The translations under genes were made by a program, and so were the position numbers. A DNA stretch of 64,000 nucleotides from Squalus acanthias (taxonomy: Eukaryota), in contig CM059433.1 of assembly GCA_030390025.1 (NCBI GenBank), positions 6,386,001 to 6,450,000 on the forward strand, written 5' to 3'. A model generated the notes under the pieces. The model was not told the origin of the DNA. It saw nothing but the letters and a program-made list of their open reading frames with translations, and ran no database searches. Positions 1 through 12,906 of this stretch are shown here, in pieces (positions within the stretch are counted from its first letter, which is position 1; each line of letters starts with the position of its first letter).

Positions 1-1890
1 CCGACTTGAGTGACAACTGACCAGCCCTACGCAATAACTCTGGATCGCACTGCGGAGGAGCGTATCCTCCTCTGGGGCATTAGTCTACTGGAGATCAGTG
101 CATCCGAATGAGTTGCCACCATCCCTCCCGGGGGGTAGTCTGCAGTGTCGATCCCGTCAAGTCACAGCTCTCAAAACAGTTACAACTTCCAGCATTTTGT
201 CACTCAGAGTTTCCACAGCTGCAGTGTGACCATCCATTCGAGATGCGCACACTGCGCTGATGATCTCATTCAACAAAGCAGCTACAGTGCCTGGCACTCG
301 GCTGCACTTTAGACCTCAGGCTGGAGAAGCATTCCTCAGTCGCCGTACCCTTTGCTATTCAGTCTGCTCAGATAGTAGCCACGGACTTATTTTAGAGCAT
401 TCAGAACTTGCACACCGTGCTCCCTCTGGATCCAAATGAGGCAGGTGCAACCATGCACATGGTCCAGCATCCTCTGCTCAAAGGGGGCCTGCTAAGAAAT
501 ACCTCAAGAAAATTCAGAGTAATTGGGCCTTCTTTCGACACCTTTGTGCATCTCTGAAGATTTGCGTAGTGACAGTCACTCACCAATAGTGAATATACGT
601 ACCTCCCTATCCTATTACAGTGGAGACTCCACGCCATTAAAATGTCTGGAGGTTAAACATTCCTCCTTCTCCTCTTGCTCTTTGTCTTGAGAGGTACCAG
701 TAGCCAGACTTGTGGTCCCAACACCTGGGACAACAGAGACGTGGTTGTATTAATATCAGTTATGGCACTATGACCTGTGTGAAAGTCTTATTATTGCCAA
801 GATAGTGATAGAGCAGGTGCAGAAATGAAGTTTTATATCTGCATGGATGAGTCAGGGATAGCAGTTTCAAATTTGAGGACAACAGGTGCTATTTATGCCT
901 AACCGTGCAAAGTCATACATAGGGCATTCCAATTTATTCACACCATTTCAAACACAGGATGCAAATGACAGTGGGTGTACATATTTATTTTCCACATCGT
1001 GCCTCCCTCTCCATTTCCAGAGCGCCACCTGCCTTTATTGGACAGCCTGTGCTTGCTTTACAAATATCAATTTACAATAACAGTCCGTCCGTTTTTGAGT
1101 TTTCTCCAGATGGTGGAGTCAACACTATTTGTAGCCCATCTGCCTTGGGTGTCCATGGGGTGACCAAGTTGCCCTCCCTCATCTTCAGTGACTGGCCACC
1201 TGTTTTTCCAGGTGAGAAGCAAGTGGCTGGTGGTTGGAGATAGTTTCCGGGGACTCCTAACCAGGAGGATGGTGGCTGGACGAATTGGCTGGCCCAGTGG
1301 CCAACCCATGGAGCGGGAGAGCTGGGCGGGGTGGTGGTGTTAGAGTCAGAGGTCGAGCTGGGGGCTCTCTATCCAGCTCGGGAACAAAAGGACAGGGGAT
1401 ACATAGTCTAATTCAGTTTTCAGCCAATCCGTTGAGTGCGGCAGATGGGTGGGGCAAAGTTCTCCTTAAGATCGAGCTGGTCAGGATCAGAGAAATGGCT
1501 GACTAGAACAATGATATTTAACTTACTAATGGCACAGCGTGGCGGATTCTGCTATTTTCCATGTTGTGAGGAGGGATAAAGTAATTAAGTTGAAGTCCGG
1601 TGAGATGCATTTTAAATTTTATTCTGCTCACTCGCTTAACAACTGTAAAATAAACCCGCTTTGTTGATTTTAAACCGGCCTCTTCTCACGAAAGTGCTAA
1701 TCAGCCCACCTTTCAGAAGATTGGGGAAGTGCACAGGCGTGATTACAGTATCCAGTTCATATGACAAGGGGATTTCATTGTTAGAGTGACTCAAGGGCGG
1801 GGGATTCTATCGTAAGACTAGAAATTGGGCAGTAGAGGTAAACTAATTGTGCACACGGGATCGCTTGTGGGAGTGACCATTGGTGGTCAA

Positions 1891-3170
1891 CATAAGAATT
1901 AGGAGCAGGAGTCGGCCATACGGCCCCTCGAGCCTGCTCCGCCATTCCCTAAGATCATGGCTGATCATCGACCTCAACTCCACTTTCCCGCCCAATCTCC
2001 ATATCCCTTGCTTCCCCTAGAGTCCAAAAATCTATCGATCTCAGCCTTGAATATACTCAAAGACTCAGCATTCACAGCCCTCTGGGGCAGAGAATGCCAA
2101 AGATTCACAACCCTCTGAGTGAAGAAATTCCTCCTCATCTCATTCTTAAATGGCCTACCTCTTATCCTGAGACTATGCCCCCTAGTTCTAGACACTCCAG
2201 CCAAGGGAAACAACCTCTTAGCATCTACCCTGTCAATCCCCTTCAGAATCTTGTATGTTTCAATGAGATCACCTCTCATTCTTCTAAACTCCAGAGTATA
2301 GGCCCATTCTACACAATCTCTCATCATAGGACAGCCCTCTCATCCCAGGAATCAATCTAGTGAACCTTTGTTGCACCACCTCCAAGGGAAGTATATCCTT
2401 CCTTAGATGAGACCAAAACTGTGCACAGTACTCCAGGTGTGGTCTCACCAAGGCCCTGTACAGTTGAAGCAAGACTTCCTTACTCTTATACTCCAACCCC
2501 CTTGCAATAAAGGCCAGCATGCCATTTGCCTTCCTTATTGCTTGCTGTACCTGCATGCTAGCTTTCTGTGTTTCTTGCACGAGGACACCCAAATTCTCTG
2601 AACACCAACATTTGAAAGTTTCTCACCATTTAAAAAATATTCTGTTTTTCTATTCTTCCTACCAAAGTGAATAACCTCACATTTCCCTACATTATACTCC
2701 ATCTGCCACCTTACCGCCCACTCACTTAGTCTATCTATATCCCTTTGCAGACTCTTGTGTTCTCCTCACAGCTTACTGTCCCACCTAGCTTTGTATCATC
2801 AGCAAACTTGGATACATTACACTCGGTCCCTTCATCTAGGTCATTAATATAGATTGTAAATTGCTGAGGCCCCAACACTGATCCTTGCGGCACCCCACTA
2901 GTTACAGCCTGCCAACCTGAAAAAGATCTGTTTATCCCTACTCTCTTTTCTGTCCATTAACCAATCCTCTATCCATGCGACTATATTACCCCCAACCCCA
3001 TGAACCCTAATCTTGTGTAATAACCTTTTTTTATGTGGCATCTTATCGAATGCCTTTTGGAAATCCAAATATACCACATCCACTGGTTCCCCTTTATCTA
3101 CCCTGCTAGTTACATCCTCAAAAAACTTTAATAAATTTGTCAAATACGATTTCCCTTTCATAAAACCATG
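1891..3170 (-). mobile_element. CR1-clade LINE, 5'-truncated, frameshifted ORF2 (RT) plus 3' UTR
   Basis: ORF pieces VDVVYLDFQKAFDK, LVRPHLEYCAQFWS, RRNFFTQRVVNLW; 3' tail ctcctgctcctaattcttatg shared with the copy at 59264-62680. Confidence 0.92.
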
Positions 3171-3858
3171 AACCCGAAAGCATAGCTAGCGCAGACCTGA
3201 AACTAGTAACGCTGGCATTATCAGAGGTAAGTCGAGATTGGGCAGATTCCAGCATTAACTTTAACACTAAAGTGGTGACAATTGCTGCCGATGGAACTGG
3301 GAGGATTTCACATGGAGAAATGTAAGATACTAGACCTGAAAACAGGGCTATTAAAACTCCTAAAATGGGAAACATATCTGCTGCAGGGATGCTGAGCTGG
3401 CACATTCAGAAATAAACTGCCCTCATTGTAAGTCAGAAAGGTAAGTTTGCTGATGTTATCTTTAGTTATTTTCACCGAGTCACAACATTTTCCAAATTTG
3501 CCTATGGAAGATTGGTATTCGATAGTGTTGAGGATTTTTTTGAGCTCCAACACTTTAGATAACTGCTATGGAATGTTTCCAGTAGGAAAAATTGTTTATT
3601 GCAATCTTGGGTGGCCAGCCCTTGGCCACAAAGTACATACAAAGACACAGCTATCAGTTATATTCCTACATGCAGCCACTAAAAGCCTACTGATCATACT
3701 GGGTTGTTTTTTAGCCAAGGGCATGCATGCAGGGGTTGCAGCTGGCAGGGACTCCATGCAGTAAGTGATAGGCCATAATTTCATTGATCTGTCTTTGTCC
3801 TTCTTAACTAAAATAAAAAGTTCCCCCATTTAGTAAATAAGTATTCGTGTTCTGAAAC

Positions 3859-4829
3859 TTCTTCTGAGGCAGTCCATCGGAACCGAAGATGACTTGCTTC
3901 CACATTAAAAAATGAGTTCTCAGGTGACTGATGAGTCCAATGCAGGACCTACAGTCTCTGTCACAGGTGGGGCAGACAGTGGTTGAAGGGACGGGTGGGT
4001 GGGGTGCTTGGGTTGGCGTGCGCTCCTTCCGCTGTTTGCGCTTGGCTTCCGCTTGCTCCCGGCGAAGAGACTCGAGGTGTTCGGCGCCTTCCCGAATGGT
4101 TCTCCTCCACTTTGTGCGGTCTTGGGCCAGGGATTCCCGGGTGTCGGTGGGGATGTTGCACCTTTTCAAGGAGGTTTTGAGGGTGTCCTTGAAGCATTTC
4201 CTCTGCCCAACTGGGGCTCTCTTGCCGTGTCGGAGCTCCGAGTAGAGCGCTTGTTTTCGGAGTCTCGTATCGGGCAAGCGGACGATGTGACCCGTCCATC
4301 GGAGCTGATCGAGCGTGGTCAAAGCTTCGATGCTGGGGATGTTGGCCTGAGCAAGAACACTGACGTTGGTGCGCCTATCCTGCCAATGGATTTGCAGGAT
4401 CTTGCGGAGGCAGCGTTGGTGGTACCTCTCCAGTGCTTTGAGGTGCCTGCTGTACATGGTCCATGTCTCTGAGGCATACAGGTGGGCGGGTATCACTACT
4501 GCTCTATAGACCATGAGCTTGGTGCCGGGTTTGAGGTCTTGGTCTTCAAACACTCTCTTCCTCAGGCGACCGAAGGCTGCACCGGCACACTGAAGGCGGT
4601 GTTGGACTTCGTCATCGACGTCTGCCCTTGTTGACAGTAGGCTCCCGAGGTATGGAAGTGGTCCACGTTGTCCAAGGCCTCGTCGTGGATTTTGATAATC
4701 GGGGGGCAGTACTGTGTGGCAGGGGCAGGTTGGTAGAGGACCTTTGTCTTACGGATGTTTAGTGTAAGGCCCGTGCTCTCGTATGCTTCGGTGAAGGTGT
4801 TGACGGAGGGCGAACTCCAAACCATCGTC
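3859..4829 (-). mobile_element. RTE-clade LINE 3' fragment
   Basis: LRWTGHIVRLPDTRL...CPTCDRDCRSCIGLISHLRTH C-terminus, (AAG)n tail, 10-bp TSD GTTCTGAAAC at 3849-3858 and 4830-4839. Confidence 0.92.
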
Positions 4830-6083
4830 GTTCTGAAACACTACTTTTTCCACTGCATATCAGTTTAACTCTCGCATGAATATCAAGTTTAGGAAGTATT
4901 GTGCCTTTAATTACTTTTTTAAAGGTCAGTTGAATTCGTTTTTGACAGGCTGAAACTGTTTTACTGGACCAGTCTGTAACACAAAATTACGTTGGATTTG
5001 GTATCGGCTAATACTAGTTTGTCAATCTCTCAGAGAAATGACGATCCAAACATCAGCTGCAGCACACCTTTTTCAGGTGCCTGAGCGGCAGAGTGAGTTG
5101 GTATGCAAACCGGTTGTGCCGTGGAGTGGCAAGTTTACATCTACTTTTCTCCCACATTAATTGTCATCTTGGTCAGGGTCTTCCGGTGGAGGTGCCAAGT
5201 GGAGAGGAGGTGTTTCCCCAGAGAGACAGAGGGAGACTCAGACGGTAAGTCACTTCCAGGCTGGTCTTGTACATTTCATAGTGAAAGGATATTGTCGAAA
5301 GGATTGTGAACAGTTTGCAGTCCTATCCTCTTGGCTGGAATATGGAACATTGCACAAGTAATCTCTCCATCCACTGTCACCTCCTTGGAACAACCTATCT
5401 CAACATTGACAGATTACTTCTGTCATCTCAACCTCACCTGCCATCTATTCCATCCGCATCGGGTGCCCTTGAAACTCTCTCACCTTGGTCCTCAGAATCC
5501 CACCACGATCAGCCCCAAAACCAGCAGCACCAGGCACACCAGCAGCACCAATATCAACACCAACCTTCTCCACAATCAACTGATGCTGCACAGGACACAG
5601 GGCATCATCACCTGTCCACATTGCTGCCCGGGACGCCAGGGATGGACTCACCATGTCTAGATTAGCTTCACTTAACACTGAACACCCTGGCTGCCATATG
5701 ATGCACTCAGGTTGGCACCAACCCATATCAGCACCATAAAGCATCCCTACAATGTCCAAGCCATTCCTTTCACATTCATCACCATTGGGGGTGGGGACAT
5801 TATGGACTGGATTTTGTCAGTGTGGGTGGGCTGGGGTGTGTCAGGTGGAAATCGTGTCAGGACCCCGACACCGAAGTGATGTGTTAAAAAAGTGTGATTT
5901 TCTCCTAATTGGGCAATTGATTTCCTGCGTGTGGGAACCACTGGCCCAATGAGTCTTTTCATACAGAAAGTCGCCTCCGATGACATCATCAGTGCTGTTG
6001 GATTTAAGGCTTGCAAGCAGCCTTGATTCTTCTGGAGACTGCAAAGGCTCTGCAATTTATATGAAGGAGTTGAATTGTGGAAA

Positions 6084-8067
6084 ATGTCAACGATCAAGCA
6101 AAAGTGTGCTCCTCGGATTGATGAGCCCTCCCTCCAAGCTCTGGTGCACGGAGCCAGATGTAATAAGGAGGTGCTCTTCCCTTCCTCAGGGAGAAAAATG
6201 CCACCCCAGCAGAGAAAAGCTGTGTGGCTACAAGTGGCCCAGGAGGTCAACTCCATTTCGCTGAGCCGCAGAACCTGGCTGCAATGCAGGAAGAGGTTTC
6301 ATGACCTCCGCACAGGAAAAGTGAGTATGACTTTCCCATCGCCCTCAATCTGATCCCCATCGCCTCTCCTCACCAGCACTCTGCTTTGCCAACCTCTTCC
6401 TCCACATGCCACTTGACACTTACATCCCTGCACCCTTACCCATTCCCTCTCTCTCTATGGTCACATTCACTTAACTATTCGACCATGCAGCCCTCACACT
6501 CCCTATCACTGTGATGCCATGACAACAACAACTTTCAACACACAGGGAGGGTCCTTTGTATCCTTCTAAGCATCTATGCTATGGATTCTCTACACTCACT
6601 TCTTCATTCTCACTCAAACTCCACTTGTGTCCCTCATCACAGGAAAAGAGAGCCCACAATAAGAGGGAAAGAGCCATGACAGGAGGGGGGCCACCCTCAG
6701 TAGCCCAGCTCACCCCTCTGGGAGGAGGCGGCCCTGGAAATTGCTGGGATCGAGGAGGATACCCAGTGGGGGAAGGACAGACAGGCGCATCACAGCAAGC
6801 TGGTGACAGAATAGTTTGGAACCTCTCTCATTGACATAGCATGAGTCACTGATAATGATTCTGATGCTCGAACAGATTGACTTATGATCATCTGCAATAT
6901 TCAATGTGCATGTAACCTTGGCCTCACATCTCTAACTCTTTCCTTTACTCCCCCACAGGACCATCGAAAGCCCCCGTCCCCATTATCTAGGATGAACAGC
7001 CTGAGCCTCCAGGCTCCTCAGAGGAAGGTGCAACCTCTGAGGGTGCAGCGTCAGCAGAATTCAGCGCACTCAGCACCAGCGCAGACACTCACACCTCAGA
7101 GGGACATTCGCGAGATAGAGTAGTGTTGTCACTTGGTGTATCACAGCTCACAAGTGAGCATCAGCAGATGGTGGAGACAGGGACAGCAGTGGAGAGTCCT
7201 CGTCGGAGGGTGCAGGACTCTGCCAGCTCGGCTCCGCTGCATGTCGACCCTGTGCCTCCGGGTCCATCCAGAAGGAGAGCGGTGCTGGAACTCCAGGAAC
7301 AGGTGCAGGAGTCTCTGGCAGGTTTTGTCTCCAGGGTCGCTGCGAGTGTGGAGCGAATGGAGGAGTCCATCGCGAACATGAGCAGAGCCTTTGTGGAGGC
7401 ATTGGCGCATGAACGCATCACCGCGGAAAGGTATGGCAACCTACGTGGAAAGGATGGCTATCTCCATGGTAAGGCTGGTACCGTAGAGGAGAGGATGGCT
7501 ACAGTAGAGGAGAGGATGGCTACGTCCATGGAGGAGCTTAGTCGCCAGGGTATTGAAAACATGGTCATTGTTCAGAATAGAATGACATCTCTTGAGGAGC
7601 GATGGCCAGCTACTGAGCAAACAAACCAGACCTTCATGCAAGTCCTCTGGAGTAGGACTTCCAGTGCAGAAACGGGTCCTCATGGCCCCCCTGCAGTGCA
7701 GCAAGGTGCTGTCAAGCCACTTGCTAGCTCTAAAGTGGGGCTGACCCATGAGAAGGATGTTGGTGGCAGACAACAAGGAAGTGGGGGCTCCTCTCCAAGC
7801 GCTCACATGACCATGCCACAGCAAAGCCCTCGGTCAGAGCCCCACCAGAGTCCTCACCCAACTGAGATGGGCGTCTCAGCCCCTGCACAGCCGCAGGAGC
7901 AGCAGACTGTTGGCGAGCCCGCACAGGTTCGCCACCCCAGAGGACGCCCGCCAAAGGCGTCAAGACAGGAGCAGCAAGAGAGTGAGCAAGAGGCCTCCAC
8001 ATCTGCTGAAGCCAAAGGGGAAGCACCACGTAGGAGCACGCGTAAGAGGAAGATAAAGCACAAGTAG
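6084..8067 (+). pseudogene. Harbinger Myb/SANT-like (MSANTD-type) gene, 3 exons: 6084-6320, 6643-6802, 6959-8067
   Basis: Exon 1 APRIDEPSLQALV...W..VAQEVN...RTWLQCRKRFHDL; GT-AG introns; premature TAG at 6988-6990; heptad repeats TVEERMA; basic C-terminus PRRSTRKRK. Confidence 0.85.
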
Positions 8068-8326
8068 TCACAAGGGTAGTCACTTGGGTGTTGTGTTGTT
8101 TTGTTTTTGGACCAGCCATCATTGTGATTGTATTATAAAGTGTTTTGATGGCAAACTGTTGAAGTTCTGGCCTGTGTCATTTCGCAAATGGGACTTTCAC
8201 ATTGAGGGCTTAGGGTGCCTTGCGATTGTCAGAATGGTGGTCAGAGTGATAGGATTCCGCAGGTTCTTGTTCATTGTCGATGCTCTGGTAAGAAGGAGCG
8301 AGACTAAAGTGTTTGATTGTGCAGGC

Positions 8327-8553
8327 TAAGCAAATCTGGCTAGGCTGAGTGCGTCCCTTGCATCCCGGGCAGCAATGTTGTCACGCGCTGGCGCCTTCTG
8401 GCCTGTGCATCTTCAGGTGGGTGACTAGCAGCTTGGCGCTCCTGTTGATGCTCCTGCTGTTGGTGCTGCTGTTGCTCATGGTTCTGCTGCTGCCGCAGCT
8501 GCTCTGCGTCCGAATCTGATGTCCAGGAGGAAAGGAATTAAATGGTCGCCATG
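8327..8553 (-). pseudogene. Harbinger transposase remnant, Gln-rich N-terminus fused to C-terminus
   Basis: WTSDSDAEQLRQQQ... joined to PARDNIAARDARDALSLARFA*; compare ARAVRQRLIASRF* at the end of 54277-55365. Confidence 0.7.
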
Positions 8554-10369
8554 CCTCTGGTATATGCCTCAGTTGAGGAAGCGCTTAGTCAAGGTGGGGA
8601 GAGGGGTTTCCCAGGAGGTGACACTGGAGATGGGTGTCAGGCTCCAAGCTTCCACAACACTGAGTGTGCCTGCTAAAAGTTCCCCCAGACCTGAAACAAC
8701 AAAGTTCGGCCACCTGCAAATGATAATTGGTGAAAACTCCTTTGTAATGGTGGAGCTGCAGCTGTGAGTAAGCAATCCACTTGTGAGGCCGCCAGCATTA
8801 CCTGGCGTGTTCCAGAGGAGGCGTGTAGGATGGGGGGAATGTCTAAAATCAGAAAGGCCTCTCAAAATGGGATTATAGAGGCAATTAAGTGGTTATTAAG
8901 GGCCTTAAGGGCCTATCCCACCTCTTGGAGGCGGGATGGAAAGGGGTCAGAAAACACGCACTTGGGAAAATTTCTTGGAGGCGGGATCGGGCCCGCCCGC
9001 CATTTTGGCGATTTTAGCAACTCACATGCCTCCAATCCCGCCTCCTCGGGCCTGACAAAATCGAGCCCTATGTCTCACCATTCACTGCAACTCACTAAGA
9101 CACTTTCAAAGGTGCACACAAATCTGTCCAAGAATGCAAAGTGTTGAAAATAAAGATTTCAATGTTTGACAGCACATTACCAGAAACTTCACATGAACAT
9201 TAGCTAAACCACCCAAGTGCCTGCCCTTGTGTGTTGTTAGTTAGGTATGATTGGACTAGGATGAGGATGAGTGTGAGGGGTGGCTAGTGAGATGGGGAAG
9301 TGATAATGTAGATAGAGAGGGATGGGTGGAGATGCAAGATAAGTTGGCGTGAGTAAGGATGTGCAGGAGTAGGGTAGAGAAGGCAGAGTAATGGGGATGT
9401 GATGAGTGGCACAGTAGGATGAGGTTGAGTGTGGCTTTGCAGTAGCATTTCGTGATCTACTGAGATCATTGAAAGGTTTGCGCCACTGCAGCCTGGTCCT
9501 TCTGACGACATCCCTGCTTGTGTCCTCCTGTGCAATGTGCAACCAGGCTGCGTTGGTATCCTGGGGAGGTGTCTTCCGCCCGTTGGAAGGGAAGAGAACC
9601 TCCCTGCGTGCTGTGACTCCCCAATGGAGGGAGTAATGGGAGAGCCTGGTGCAGCCGTGCACCTTTGTGCAGTGCTCGTCAGTGTTTGCAGCACCTCAAT
9701 GCTGCAGAGCACTGACAGCAGAACTGTCAAAATCAATTTGGGCATGGCCCCTTTAAGGAAAGCGGCTGATGACACGTCATCAAATGAGTGGTGGAGTCGA
9801 CCCTAAGTCTACCCGGGTAGAGAGGCCCAGATCCCGTCCCAAATTACTGGTATGGGGTCATCTACATACATGGGGCAGGTCCACCATGCCAATAAGGGCA
9901 CCTCAGCAGGTGCCAACCCGAGCTGCTGGCAGGAATGTCTGAGCGATGCTGTACCATTCCACCAACGGATGGAAGGCTCTGGAAAGGTCGAAACAAAATA
10001 TAGGATTTTCAATCTTCAGCTCCTCAGGGAACTATGGGGGGCATTTTTTGCAGATAATTGATCAATTACCTTGACCGGCTGAGGTTTAGACCCTTTCTTG
10101 GGGCCTCCTTGGGATTCATGCTAGATCTCAGCTGGTGTGAATTGCGATCAGGCCAGCCACGGTTGGAAAGGGCAGAATTCCAAAGTTAGACTGGGACACA
10201 CCCCGCCCCCCGACACGCCCCCGTGACATGGGAAAGGTGGATTGGAAATTCACTTTCTCCACCACCACCAGGATTTAAGTGGCCTTACTCAATGGGATGG
10301 AAACCAGCCTTCTGGACTCAACATCGAGTTCAACAATTTCAGACCATAACCTCTGCCCCCATTTTTTCA

Positions 10370-10700
10370 GACAGCAGCTGTTGGTGATTCTGCCATTCCC
10401 ATTTACACCTCCTCTAGAGTCATCTTTTGTTTCTTAACTTGTTCCATTACCATCTCCTTTTGCCTTGCACCATCATCCCATTTGTCATTTAATCTCACCT
10501 GCCTCCCACCCTATCAAGACCTTCCCTTTGGTTCTTTCCTCCCTTTCCCTGCCTTTGTACTTGCTTAAAATCTGTTACATCTCTAACTTTTTCCAATTCT
10601 GATGATAGGTCATCGACCTGAAAAGTTAACTCTGTTTCTCTCCACAGATGCTGTCTGGCCCGCTGAGTACTTCCAGCATTTTTTGTTTTTATTTTGGAAT
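10370..10700 (+). mobile_element. Penelope-like 3' region with a degenerate hammerhead motif (10595-10631)
   Basis: ttCTGATGAtaggtcatcgacctGAAAagttaact followed by the family tail ctgtttctctccacagatgctg. Confidence 0.7.
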
Positions 10701-10734
10701 CTCAGTGGATCAAATTCTGCCTCAAATTCCTGTA

Positions 10735-11846
10735 CTCATCCAGTGCCTTCCTCGTACTCCCTTTACCCAGAACATTATCTGTCGATCTGTGCACACAAGC
10801 CAGAAGGCTCACATTTTTTTCAGGAGACTCTTTTGTTTATTGTAGGCTGATGCAGAGGTGATCGGACATTCTTTATGTGCGAGGTCAGATAGTGTCAGTA
10901 GTCTATTAAGCTGGCTAGCGATTTTTGGGTGTTGCACAAGATATTCTCTCGGGTTTAACACCACTCCCATAAGTGAACCTCCTGCTTACAAGTTATATTT
11001 TTATAAAGTACTTGGATTTGCCGTTGGAATAATACAATTCACTGAGACGACGAAGGTTTTTAACTGTACTGATAGACTGGAGAAGCTGGGCTTCTGCTCC
11101 TTAGAGCAGAGAAGGCTAAGAGGAGATTTGATCGAGGTGTTCACAATCATGAAGGGTTTAGATAGAGTAAATAAAGAGAAACTGTTTCCAATGGCTGAAG
11201 GGTCGGTAACCAGAGGGCACAGATTTAATGTGATTGGCCAAAGAACCTGGGGCGACATGAGGAAATCTTTTCTACGCAGCGAGTGGTTAGGATTTGGAAT
11301 GCACTGCCTGATAGGGTGGTGGAAACAGATTCAATAGTAGCCTTCAATGGGAATTGGATAAATACTTGAAGGAGAAAAATTGCAGGGCTATGGGGGTAGA
11401 GCGGGGGAGTGGGACTAACTGGATTGCTCTTCGAAAGAGCTGGCGCAGACTCGATGGGCCGAATGGCCTTCTGTGCTGTACTATTCTATGATTCTATGAT
11501 ATAACAGTTGTATTGTAAGTGTGTGTGTGTGTGTGCGTATATATACATTTATTTACACAATGGGAACTAAGTGCACTTAATGGAACTTAATCTTATCTGA
11601 ATTAAGGTCTAATTATTCTTGGAGTTAGATGTCTCTTCAATGTCCTTCAATCTGAGATGTTTGACAGGATGATGTAATCCTGCCCTTTGCTATGTACTAA
11701 AAAATGTTCAGGAAACAAAGCGAGAGGAAAAACTATGTGAATAAATAAAAGAGTCTCCTGAAAAAAATGTGAGCTTTCTGCTTTGTGAGCACAGATCGAC
11801 AGATAATGTTCCAGGTAAAGGGAGTGCCAGGAAGGCACTGGACGAG
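10735..11846. mobile_element. Long-TIR element, possibly Tc1/mariner-type non-autonomous, containing a CR1 insertion
   Basis: ~108-bp imperfect inverted repeats at 10733-10841 and 11740-11848; the outermost bases are TA on both sides. Confidence 0.65.
11063..11500 (+). mobile_element. CR1 LINE 3' fragment
   Basis: DRLEKLGFCSLEQRRLRGDLIEV; (ATTCTATG)n tail. Confidence 0.9.
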
Positions 11847-12429
11847 TAGCTGGCATCATGCCAGATGAGTACCAAACCAATGAGTTACCGAGCCAAACGA
11901 ACAGTGGAAAGCACGAAGTGCGTACCAGCTACGGTGCCAGATGAAGAGAAATCAAAATTCTGTAGAGCCTGAAGTACATGTTGGCCTCGGAGTAGGGTGC
12001 CAAGTGAGCACCAAGCAACATGCAGTGGAAGCTGATGGTAAGATGCCAAGAGAGAGCCAGGGCACCTGTAACAAAAGTACAAGTCACAGAGCCGGATTTA
12101 GCCGTCAGTGAAACTCACGCCCACAGGTGATACCTAATGCACGGGGTTCTCACCATGCCAGTAATTGCTACTGTCCCAGGCTGGATAAATTCACATTAAC
12201 AAATCGCAATTGTTAGTGCAGAATCCCTAGGAACTCTGTCGACACGGCCCATTTTTTTAGACGCTTACAGCTGGCAGATAGCGGAGGCCTTTGATTCCAC
12301 CATTTTGAGTTGGATTTATGCTGATACCTCAGAGATGAATGAATAGTATTTTGTTTTTCCCTTTTTTCCCCCCCAATGTTTCAATGTTCCAGTTAAAAAA
12401 AATGCTTTTAAATGTAATTTAATGTGCGT

Positions 12430-12553
12430 GGGAGTACCTTCAACGCGCGGACTGCAGCGGTTCAAGAAAAGGCTTCTCAAGGGCAATTAGGGATGGGCAA
12501 TAAATGCTGGCCTTGCCAGCAATGCCCACATCCCATAAACGAATTAAAAAAAA
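12430..12553 (+). mobile_element. Probable LINE 3' end with A-tail
   Basis: ggactgcagcggttcaagaa...gggcaattagggatgggcaataaatgctggcc...A-tail; family recognised from memory only. Confidence 0.5.
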
Positions 12554-12906
12554 TTATTGTACAAAGTCTAAGCACAAGATCAATTGAAAAAACCAACAGC
12601 CAAAATTAACTATTATGGCTTATGGTGGCTGTGGTAATGAAAGCAGAGGTAGCATGTTATGCTAAACATTTTCTTTGTTAGTACATGAAAGAGTACATGT
12701 AGCTGCCAACAGTCATTGCCCTTACAAAGTTACAATGTGACCTCAGTTAAGTGGTCTTTGATCCTCGGCTGTTTTTAATCACATGTGCAATAAAACGAAA
12801 TGGTGCTGCATCTGGATAGGATTAAGTTTGTAAAGCAAAGAATGATCAAGTGGTTTTAACATAAACAAAAAACTTTCCCTTGGATAAAGCTCAGGAAGGT
12901 TAATCC

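Larger units (their letters stand above)
5804..9068 (+). mobile_element. Non-autonomous Harbinger with a full-length Myb/SANT gene and a core-deleted transposase
   Basis: 17-bp TIRs GGACTGGATTTTGTCAG / rc GGGCTCGATTTTGTCAG; TSD TAT at 5801-5803 and 9069-9071. Confidence 0.9.
5200..9850. mobile_element. Degenerate Harbinger derivative, split by the nested element 5804-9068
   Basis: 5459-5670 (+) is a transposase N-terminus homologous to 45617-45760, fused to a C-terminus (HIAARDARDGLTMSRL). 9450-9680 (-) is Myb/SANT exon 1 (REVLFPSNGRK...WRKPFNDLSRS). Termini not resolved. Confidence 0.7.

Noticed and set aside
1..560. Possible degenerate Harbinger Myb 3' exon
   Set aside because: Only faint similarity to 53300-53900; no termini or frame can be supported.
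3170..3840. Possible ancient L1/Tx1-like RT remnant on the minus strand (ILVKKDKD...LWPIT)
   Set aside because: Similarity is too weak to support without a profile search.
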